A DNA stretch of 32,000 nucleotides from the NCBI GenBank assembly GCA_963698035.1, contig OY969114.1, positions 390,001-422,000 of the forward strand. The letters run 5' to 3'. The stretch comes from Candidatus Saccharimonadota bacterium. GTDB taxonomy: Archaea > Micrarchaeota > Micrarchaeia > Micrarchaeales > Micrarchaeaceae. Numbering within the stretch: position 1 is the first letter of the stretch; the number at the start of each line of letters is the position of its first letter. Below the pieces are notes generated by a model. It made no database searches. It was not told the origin of the DNA and worked only from the letters and a program-made list of their open reading frames with translations. Of the stretch, positions 6,887 to 13,900 are shown in pieces. Both the position numbers and the translations under genes were made by a program.

Positions 6887-7642
6887 ATGCTTCTTTTGGT
6901 AGGGACTGGCATATCCTACGACGATATGTCTGTAAGAGCCGTAGAGGCCTGCAGGGGATGCAAGCTCTACGTAGAGAGATACACAAGCATTATGGATAAT
7001 GAGAAGATAAGGAGAATCTCGGAGATGCTGGGGAGCACGCCAAAATTGCTGCAAAGAAGCGACCTGGAGGAGAATGCAAGGCGCATCGTCTCGGAAGCAA
7101 AAAGTGAGAAAGTGGCAATCCTAGTTGGTGGCGACCCCCTCACCGCAACAACCCACAAAATACTCTTGATAGAAGCGGCCAAGCAGGGCGTAGAAACAAG
7201 GATCTTCCATGCAAGCTCCATATTCACGGCAGCGATCGGAGAGAGCGGACTCGACTTTTACAGGTTTGGGCAGGCAAGCACAATACCCAAGTGGAGCAAA
7301 AGCTACAAGCCGGTATCCTTTTACGAGACAATAGAGAGGAACATGGCAAGCAACCTGCACTCTTTGGTGCTGCTCGACTATGATCCTGAAAGAATGGAAA
7401 CGCTATCGCCAACTGACGTGGCAGACGAGCTGGAAGCTGCAGAGGCCCACTACAAGAAAGGGATAATAAATGAGAAAACAAAGATATTTGTTATGCAGAA
7501 TATATCCCTCAAAGACCAGAAGGTGCTTGTAACCGACATTAAGGGGATAAAAAAAATCCCAGAAGGAGGGATGGCCCTCTTGATATTGCCAGCAAGACTC
7601 TCGAAGGTTGAAGATGAGACAGTAAAGAGCATAGTGAAGTAA
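6887..7642 (+). CDS. dphB: diphthine synthase
   Basis: 251 aa. MLLLVGTGISYDDMSVRAVE...VAILVGGDPLTATTH is the tetrapyrrole-methylase fold typical of Dph5/DphB. GTGATC lies upstream of the ATG. The stop is immediately followed by the endA ATG. Confidence 0.9.
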   Translation: MLLLVGTGISYDDMSVRAVEACRGCKLYVERYTSIMDNEKIRRISEMLGSTPKLLQRSDLEENARRIVSEAKSEKVAILVGGDPLTATTHKILLIEAAKQGVETRIFHASSIFTAAIGESGLDFYRFGQASTIPKWSKSYKPVSFYETIERNMASNLHSLVLLDYDPERMETLSPTDVADELEAAEAHYKKGIINEKTKIFVMQNISLKDQKVLVTDIKGIKKIPEGGMALLILPARLSKVEDETVKSIVK

Positions 7643-8803
7643 ATGTTGTCGATAATCTACGATAATAAAGAGGAAAGGACATACGCGCAGGACCAATCTA
7701 CGGTAGACATACTGAAGGACGGGTACTTCGGCAGCTACGGGTCCGGCAGGCTATACCTCAGGCCTGAGGAGGTGCTCTACCTGATGGACGTCAGGAAGAC
7801 CGAATGCAAGGACCTTTCGGGGAATGTGCTCACATTCAACGAGATGGCAATGAAGTTGATGCGGAGCAAAAAGCTAATGGCAAGGTACTTCACCTACAAG
7901 GATTGGAGGGATAGAGGGCTTATTATAAAGGAAGGGGAATTCGCTGCAAAGCAGAACACCAAGACTCCAATAAAGAGGTATCCCGCAACGCAGATAAAGC
8001 TTGATGGATACCACCTTTCAGGGCTATTCTTTCCCGAGGATCTGACTACAATAGCTGATGACTCAGAGGACAGCAAGACGATATACAACGAATTGTGGTT
8101 CGGCCAGTACGGCACCTACAAGCTTGGTGATCACGGAATACTGAACAAGCTGGATGTCTATGAGACCATATTCCTAATGGAGTATGGAAGGCTAAAGGTG
8201 AGCAACTACAGCAAGCCAGAGATATTCGGCATCGCGTACAAAAGAAGGTCGGACTTCCCAAAGCTCTACCAGGTATACGAAGATTGGAGGAGCAAGGGGT
8301 ATGTCGTAAAGACTGGATTCAAGTTCGGCACGCACTTCAGGATATACTTCCCCGGAGCGAAGCCAGGCAGGGATGACCCGGCATGGGTGCATTCCAAGCA
8401 TGTCATCCAGGTCTTCCCGAGGGATGTAAAGATGCTAATATCAGAATGGGCGAGAGCCATAAGGGTCGCGCACTCTGTAAGGAAGACTTTCATACTTGCG
8501 ATTCCGGGAAAGAGCAGGAAGAAGAGAATGGAGATAGACTTCCTGCTCTATCACAGAAAGGGAAAGGACACAGAGAACCCGGCAGAGGATGCGCCAAGGT
8601 TTGCGATGCTCTCAATAAGTGAGGATGAATACATAGGAGGCAGCGAGCTATCGGCAATAATAGGGGAGGCGAAGGAGAGGAAGCTGGAGCTCATAATCGC
8701 GATTGCTGATAGAGAGACTGCAGTTACCTACTACAAGGTAAGGAGGATAGACCTGCCAAGGAGCGAATACGAATACTATGAAATAGACTGGATGACTCCC
8801 TAA
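7643..8803 (+). CDS. endA: tRNA-splicing endonuclease, long multi-unit form
   Basis: 386 aa. The central unit has the catalytic signature GFKFGTHFRIY...HSKHVIQV...AHSVRKTFILAI (Tyr/His/Lys). An N-terminal partial unit reads LYLRPEEVLYLMDV...YKDWRDRGLIIKEG. An extra C-terminal unit ends ...LELIIAIADRETAVTYYKV. Confidence 0.85.
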   Translation: MLSIIYDNKEERTYAQDQSTVDILKDGYFGSYGSGRLYLRPEEVLYLMDVRKTECKDLSGNVLTFNEMAMKLMRSKKLMARYFTYKDWRDRGLIIKEGEFAAKQNTKTPIKRYPATQIKLDGYHLSGLFFPEDLTTIADDSEDSKTIYNELWFGQYGTYKLGDHGILNKLDVYETIFLMEYGRLKVSNYSKPEIFGIAYKRRSDFPKLYQVYEDWRSKGYVVKTGFKFGTHFRIYFPGAKPGRDDPAWVHSKHVIQVFPRDVKMLISEWARAIRVAHSVRKTFILAIPGKSRKKRMEIDFLLYHRKGKDTENPAEDAPRFAMLSISEDEYIGGSELSAIIGEAKERKLELIIAIADRETAVTYYKVRRIDLPRSEYEYYEIDWMTP

Positions 8804-8833
8804 CGCTTTTGTCTAGGTCACTTTCTCTTTCTT

Positions 8834-9469
8834 CTAGCGGTTCTCATGCTCTTTATGCTTAGACGGTGGCGCCCTTTTCCTGAGAAGCAGCAGTGCCGTC
8901 GCTATCACTATTATAATTACCATCACTACCGCTATGATAATCAGCGTGGAGGCAGGCACGCTTACCTTGGCAGCAACCTGAGCTATTGTGGTTGTTGTCG
9001 TGCTTGTTGTTGTGGTAGAAGATATCGCCTGTATAGTTGCTATCTTTAACACCCCGGCTTGGATAACCGCTCCTCCGGGGTTGGATGCATTGCTTGCTTC
9101 AACCGCAGATATCTGAATATTCCATGTTGCAGCTCCAGGAGTATTATTAATCGACATAAATACAGTAACATTCACCGGGAAGGTCGAATATGGCGCTATA
9201 GTACCGTAGAGCGGGCTGATTGTGATGTTTGGAGTTATCTGATTATTCTCCTGCGAAACCTTTGGGGTCTGCACCCTGAAGCCTATTGGTGTACTCCCAC
9301 CATTAGCAAGAGTAAGTTGCAAGGTTTGGGTGTGCCCTATCTGCACTTGGAAGTTAAGTGCCCCGGCCTCCTCTCCGAGCTGCGCGAAGGATAGCGCAGG
9401 CAGGACTGCAAGGAGCACTAGAACAAGTGCTATCCCGCCAATGCGGTAAGGATGTGCAGACGTTTGCAT
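8834..9469 (-). CDS. membrane-anchored secreted protein: single beta-sandwich domain, Thr/Ser stalk, C-terminal TM
   Basis: The track ORF begins at GTG 9484. I prefer ATG 9469 (MQTSAHPYRIGGIALVLVLLAVLPALSFAQ, a Sec-type signal). The mature part is about 130 aa, followed by SSTTTTSTTTTT, a TM helix and the basic tail RKRAPPSKHKEHENR. No family recognised. Confidence 0.6.
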   Translation of the reverse strand: MQTSAHPYRIGGIALVLVLLAVLPALSFAQLGEEAGALNFQVQIGHTQTLQLTLANGGSTPIGFRVQTPKVSQENNQITPNITISPLYGTIAPYSTFPVNVTVFMSINNTPGAATWNIQISAVEASNASNPGGAVIQAGVLKIATIQAISSTTTTSTTTTTIAQVAAKVSVPASTLIIIAVVMVIIIVIATALLLLRKRAPPSKHKEHENR

Positions 9470-9477
9470 CAAATCAA

Positions 9478-10440
9478 TCAGCACGAGTTCTGAATTAGTA
9501 TGTTTTGTGTGTATGTGGAAGCCGGTGTGCCCAGCGGTATGCCAAGCCCAAAGAAGATACTAGCACCTTGAGTGGATGTCCCAACTGTAGGGGCCACTAT
9601 AACTATCCCTGTATTCACCGCATTGCTTATTCCCGTGTTGGGCACAGAGCTGCCTATATAAGTTGATTGGGTTGTTGCAGCCCACGTAGTGTTCTGGGCT
9701 CCGAAGTTGTTGGCCCCCGCAATCCAGTTTCCAGCACCAATATATATCGTTGCCCCGGCGTTGCCACCAACATCGTTATCTGTTATTTGCTTGTTGGTTG
9801 GAACATTCGCTCCAGGGGAAATAGTTCCAAAGATTATTGTATTTGTGCTTAGGGTTATATAGCAGGTACCTATAATGTTTACCGTTGTTGAAACAACATC
9901 GTTAGCCGAGCTCGAATAGCCAGGGCATGAATTCTGGAAAATTACATTGCCTAGGTAGTTTCCTGCCGGCTGCGCAGCAGGTACTGTTACTCCAAAGTAA
10001 ACAATATTATTTGTGGTAGGTGTGGCTATGCTTGGCGCCGGAATTATAATCAGCGTATTAACTAGTAAGAGTGTTAAGGGAGTGGGCGTGCCTCCCGAGG
10101 TTGTTGCCCAAACAACATTACTCATGCTCAACGTGTTGGTGGGTGCTATGGTATTGAATGTTGCCGGCCCGCTTGCCACTAGTATATTGGCGGGTACATT
10201 GCCGCCAGGGTCGTTAACTGTAAATGCAACTGTTGCCCCAGGCGAGGTATAAGGTAGTAGCCCATTGATGCTTAGTGTACTGGCGCTGCTAATAAAGCAG
10301 TTGCCAGGTACTACCGCATTCGCAGTGACGGTGTTGCTTGACAGCGCAAAAGAAAGCTGTGCAAAACTGGAAATAGCATAAAAGATCGAACCAGCAGCTA
10401 TAAGGATTACTGTAGCCCAAATGATAAAGTCCTTCACCAT
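9478..10440 (-). CDS. secreted protein with two copies of a Cys-bounded ~125-aa domain
   Basis: 320 aa with an N-terminal hydrophobic signal. Domain 1 runs C48-C172 and domain 2 C193-C320, each starting C[FY][IV][ST] and ending QNSC. Domain 2 is roughly half identical to the C-terminus of the 858-aa neighbour. Confidence 0.65.
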   Translation of the reverse strand: MVKDFIIWATVILIAAGSIFYAISSFAQLSFALSSNTVTANAVVPGNCFISSASTLSINGLLPYTSPGATVAFTVNDPGGNVPANILVASGPATFNTIAPTNTLSMSNVVWATTSGGTPTPLTLLLVNTLIIIPAPSIATPTTNNIVYFGVTVPAAQPAGNYLGNVIFQNSCPGYSSSANDVVSTTVNIIGTCYITLSTNTIIFGTISPGANVPTNKQITDNDVGGNAGATIYIGAGNWIAGANNFGAQNTTWAATTQSTYIGSSVPNTGISNAVNTGIVIVAPTVGTSTQGASIFFGLGIPLGTPASTYTQNILIQNSC

Positions 10441-10465
10441 ATCGCCGCTTATTCTTTTTTAAGCA

Positions 10466-10479
10466 GATATATAAACTTT
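10466..10479 (-). promoter_or_regulatory. BRE/TATA-like element for the 320-aa gene
   Basis: The minus strand reads aaagtttatatatc and ends 25 nt upstream of ATG 10440. Confidence 0.3.
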
Positions 10480-10497
10480 TCCCAATAGCGGAATATA

Positions 10498-13074
10498 TCA
10501 ACATGAGTTTTCAATCAATATATTCTGGGTATATGTGTCTTTTGGTGTTCCTTTTGGAATGCCAAGGCCGAAGTAAATTGTGTTTGATCCAGAGGGAGCA
10601 ATGACGATGCCCATACTATTATAGCTTGAGGAAAGCGCATTACCCGCATATGTGCCAAGCGATGTTGGACTCCACAAGGTATTACCAATGCCAAAAGTAT
10701 CACTTACAATCAGACCGTTCCAAGCACTTCCAGATAGATATATGCTCGCCCCCACAGTACCAAGGTCATTATCTGTTACCGAATAACTGGTTGGAGTATT
10801 TGCGTTAGGGGCAATACCCCCAAAATTTATCACGTTTGTACTCAATGATACGAAACAGTTTGCGAGATTGAATGTTATTGGTACTGTACTTCCTGCGACA
10901 GCGTTGCCGCTGAGCGGCGAAGGTATATAGTTGCCGCTGATTATAACATTGGCAACCGTATACGGATAGTTGCCTGGCGTAAAAGAGAATACAATACTGT
11001 TTGGTACGATCACATTCAGGGTTTGACTATTATATACTACGTTCCACCCCTCGCCACTATTCGGCAGCCCTGTCTCCGAGAAGGTTGTCAGACCATTCCA
11101 AGTGGCTGTTAGAATTCCATTACCCTCTACAGTAAAATACGTGTTCTGCGTAAGGGGACTGGCAACAATAAGGTTTGCGCTGCTCACGAGCCACGAATTA
11201 AAGGTATATGTGCTTCCTGGAGAGATTGCATTCAGCGTGAAAGTGCCCAACATGCTACTGTTAAACGCATTATTTGCATATTGAACTCCTGGAGATACTA
11301 CAGAAGCCACTATATTTCCAGTTGTCGGTCCATCCGTGAAAATTACATTGTATGGGGGGAAAATAGCCGCAGCTATAGATATTGCTCCAATGCCAGTGGT
11401 AACTATATTAGCAATATACCCATTTCCAACAGCTACCGAATTACAAGTAATAATTGATGAAGATGATTCTCCTTTACTAGTAGTCACAGACACATATTGG
11501 TCTGTAGTGCATCCAGTAGATATACCACTTGTAACTGAAGTAGTCGCATTGCTTGATGCAAACATGACTATCACAAAACTGTTGGCTGTAAGAACATTAT
11601 AGCTAAGCGTTAGTGTTTTCACCCTTGTTGTTGTGGTGCTTATTCCTACAACCTTGCCGTTTGCAAATATTACGTTTGCCCCTATGCCGGTAAGGGTAGT
11701 ATTCTCTCTACTGACCGTACCTGCCAAGGTCCAAGTGCCCGTACTACTGCTGGTTTGCCAGCCTATGCTTGTATGGTTCTCACGGTCGGCGCCTATACTA
11801 TCATTTGTGATTATAGTCCATGTCACGGTCGGTGCGGTTGTTGAGTGTTCTCGTCCGCCACCGCTGAAGAAGTATGTGGTATAGATGCTAGGTGTGATCG
11901 TTAGGGAGACGGGCGTCGTAGTCGAAATAACATTGCCTGTTGCAAATCCAACGGCATAATTAGAAAAAGAATTCGACAATGCGCTATAGAAATAATAAGT
12001 CGCATTGGACCCCGTAAATGTCGTGCTAAGGGAGCTCCACACACCCGAATCGTATTTAAATAGCCTTATATTACCGCTGCTAATTCCTTGCGACACCACC
12101 CACGATTGCGGCACCGAGAAGTTGTATGTTACGTTGTTGACCAATGAGTCTATATTTGCGCTTGAACCAACAATCGTGCCATTTATCTGTATATATTGAT
12201 ATACCGGAGACAACGAGAATTTGATCTGTTGTGGAGCCTGGGTTTGATTTGCAACCGTTATATTGAGCTCTATGTTATTTTTCAATAGGTTGGTATGTAC
12301 GCCTTCTAGCGGGGATCCTTTTAGGGAGAACGCCGCTGTATTATTCGGCGCATACACAATTCCATTGTACTTGCCGTTTCCCGTATGGTTCAAGTACTGA
12401 TTTTGTACTGCGGGTACCGCCTGTATTGTGGTTGTGGAGGATAGCGTTGTTGTAGACGAGCTTGTCATTGACGAGGTGATTGAAGTTGTTGTAATAGGGA
12501 TGCCAGTGAATGTTATCGTGATAACGCTGCCAGCAGCAAGCAAACCACCCAAGGGCGAAGGAGTGTAATTTAATCCATTTGCCGTAATGCTCGAAACAAG
12601 ATACATGTAGTTGCCGGGCGATGTCGAAAATATCGTGCTATTCGGCGTCACAGCGACCTGCACAATCCCATTGTAGGAGACATTCCAGGCGATTCCGCTC
12701 GGCAGACCGGTTTCCACGAAAAGCGTATTGTATAGCGCAAAAGCTAAAGATGTGGTCGATGCCGAAGAGCTTGTACTGGATGATGTGCTAGTCACGCTAG
12801 AGGTCGTGGAAGAGATGGAAGTTGAGGAAAAGAGGATGGTGGAAGAGGAAACGGAGGTGGAGGAGATTGAAGTGGAAGAGACGGAGGTGGAAGAAATGGA
12901 AGTTGAAGAGACGAGAGTGGTGGAGACGGAGGTGCTGCTCAGAGTTAACGTATTGTTATCGAACAAAACCAAGGTCCTATGTGCCATTGAGGCAGGCGCA
13001 ATCAGGACTCCTGCGAGGAGCAGCCCCAAGCACAACGTAACCATAACCTTACTTACTCCTCTCACAGATGGCAC
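10498..13074 (-). CDS. large secreted surface protein (Ser/Thr repeats, two FxETGLPxGxxWxV beta-sandwich domains, C-terminal Cys-bounded domain)
   Basis: 858 aa. Signal MPSVRGVSKVMVTLCLGLLLAGVLIAPASMA (GTG start; ATG 13044 is the alternative). FVETGLPSGIAWNVSYNG and FSETGLPNSGEGWNVVYNS are domains known from Thermoplasmatales/Sulfolobales surface and thermopsin-like proteins. It has many N-x-S/T sequons and ends ...YFGLGIPKGTPKDTYTQNILIENSC. Confidence 0.7.
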   Translation of the reverse strand: MPSVRGVSKVMVTLCLGLLLAGVLIAPASMAHRTLVLFDNNTLTLSSTSVSTTLVSSTSISSTSVSSTSISSTSVSSSTILFSSTSISSTTSSVTSTSSSTSSSASTTSLAFALYNTLFVETGLPSGIAWNVSYNGIVQVAVTPNSTIFSTSPGNYMYLVSSITANGLNYTPSPLGGLLAAGSVITITFTGIPITTTSITSSMTSSSTTTLSSTTTIQAVPAVQNQYLNHTGNGKYNGIVYAPNNTAAFSLKGSPLEGVHTNLLKNNIELNITVANQTQAPQQIKFSLSPVYQYIQINGTIVGSSANIDSLVNNVTYNFSVPQSWVVSQGISSGNIRLFKYDSGVWSSLSTTFTGSNATYYFYSALSNSFSNYAVGFATGNVISTTTPVSLTITPSIYTTYFFSGGGREHSTTAPTVTWTIITNDSIGADRENHTSIGWQTSSSTGTWTLAGTVSRENTTLTGIGANVIFANGKVVGISTTTTRVKTLTLSYNVLTANSFVIVMFASSNATTSVTSGISTGCTTDQYVSVTTSKGESSSSIITCNSVAVGNGYIANIVTTGIGAISIAAAIFPPYNVIFTDGPTTGNIVASVVSPGVQYANNAFNSSMLGTFTLNAISPGSTYTFNSWLVSSANLIVASPLTQNTYFTVEGNGILTATWNGLTTFSETGLPNSGEGWNVVYNSQTLNVIVPNSIVFSFTPGNYPYTVANVIISGNYIPSPLSGNAVAGSTVPITFNLANCFVSLSTNVINFGGIAPNANTPTSYSVTDNDLGTVGASIYLSGSAWNGLIVSDTFGIGNTLWSPTSLGTYAGNALSSSYNSMGIVIAPSGSNTIYFGLGIPKGTPKDTYTQNILIENSC
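12751..12942 (-). repeat. Ser/Thr-coding low-complexity tandem repeat (about 30-nt unit STSISSTSVS) inside the 858-aa gene
   Basis: Protein residues 45-108 read SSTSVSTTLVSSTSISSTSVSSTSISSTSVSSSTILFSSTSISSTTSSVTSTSSSTSSSASTTS. The plus strand shows the mirrored gaagaNatggaagttgaNga periodicity. Confidence 0.7.
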
Positions 13075-13093
13075 CTCTCACATCATCTGCAGT

Positions 13094-13106
13094 AATATAT
13101 AACTTT
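13094..13106 (-). promoter_or_regulatory. BRE/TATA-like element for the 858-aa gene
   Basis: The minus strand reads aaagttatatatt and ends 19 nt upstream of GTG 13074. Confidence 0.3.
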
Positions 13107-13114
13107 ATTACGTT

Positions 13115-13900
13115 TTATCTCCTGCCAAAGAAAGCGAGCAGCCATCCTATGAAACCCTCCCTTTTTACCTCTCCTCCTCCTCCTTCCATCCCCGAACGAT
13201 CTATATACCCATCCGCTACCCCCCTGAACGCTGTAGAGAATTTTGACCGCGGCTTCAGCATGTAGGCAGGTACATGCGCGGCTATGCTGGCCGGGACGGC
13301 ATCATCTTCAGGTAGCGATCCGTTTATCTCATTTCCGTACATGTCCGCGACCTCTCTGTAGCACAGCTCGAACCTCGTGTTCCTTACCTTGTTCAGCACG
13401 AGCGAATGCTTCAGGTGCGCCCCGTCGTACTTCTTCGAAAGCCTTACTGCGCTGGCGCAGGCGGCAATGTCAGGCGTGGCGATTATTATGTCCTCGTTGA
13501 AGTGGCTGAGCGCTACATCGAGATAGTATCCTGGCGATGTATCCATTACTATGAAGTTGTATGAGGTCTTCTTAAGTTGGTTCAGGAATTCCGTCATCAG
13601 CTTCGCGCTGGGAAGCCCGGGTGACTCTCTTATCTCTCCGGGCAATACATGCAGCCCCGTAGGCTCGTGTATCGCCACGACGTTCTGAAGCTTCGCCTTT
13701 TTTGCAATCACTGCACGTACTCCCGAATTGACATCCTGGAGGCCCAGGTGGAAGCCTACGCTTGGGTTGGTGAAATCAAAGTCTACAAGAAGGACCTTGT
13801 AGCCGGCACTCCTCATTGCGGTAGAGAGATTTGTAGCTATCGTGGTCTTGCCTACTCCTCCCTTCTGTGACGAAACTCTTACCAAATAAGGCTTACTCAT
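13115..13900 (-). CDS. MinD/ParA-family (SIMIBI) ATPase with a C-terminal amphipathic tail
   Basis: 261 aa. Deviant Walker A SSQKGGVGKTT, VLLVDFDFTNPS, Walker B FIVMDTSPG and IIIATPDIAACASA. The C-terminus GGGGEVKREGFIGWLLAFFGRR is present. The start overlaps the upstream stop by 8 nt (ATGAGTAA). Confidence 0.85.
   Translation of the reverse strand: MSKPYLVRVSSQKGGVGKTTIATNLSTAMRSAGYKVLLVDFDFTNPSVGFHLGLQDVNSGVRAVIAKKAKLQNVVAIHEPTGLHVLPGEIRESPGLPSAKLMTEFLNQLKKTSYNFIVMDTSPGYYLDVALSHFNEDIIIATPDIAACASAVRLSKKYDGAHLKHSLVLNKVRNTRFELCYREVADMYGNEINGSLPEDDAVPASIAAHVPAYMLKPRSKFSTAFRGVADGYIDRSGMEGGGGEVKREGFIGWLLAFFGRR

Noticed and set aside
10341-10440. Class III (type IV pilin/archaellin) signal peptide in the 320-aa protein
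   Set aside because: The N-terminus MVKDFIIWATVILIAAG has Asp where the prepilin peptidase needs Gly/Ala/Ser at -1. An ordinary Sec-type cleavage site (SSFA/QLSFA) follows the hydrophobic core.
12751-12942. Tandem ~30-nt periodicity considered as a possible CRISPR or minisatellite
   Set aside because: It lies entirely within a long ORF in frame, has no unique spacers and is imperfect. It is a coding low-complexity repeat. No CRISPR array was found anywhere in the window.
12728-13102. 124-aa Glu/Val-rich plus-strand ORF with striking EEMEVEE repeats
   Set aside because: It is the complement of the Ser/Thr-coding repeat of the 858-aa surface protein. The repeat periodicity is explained by that gene.
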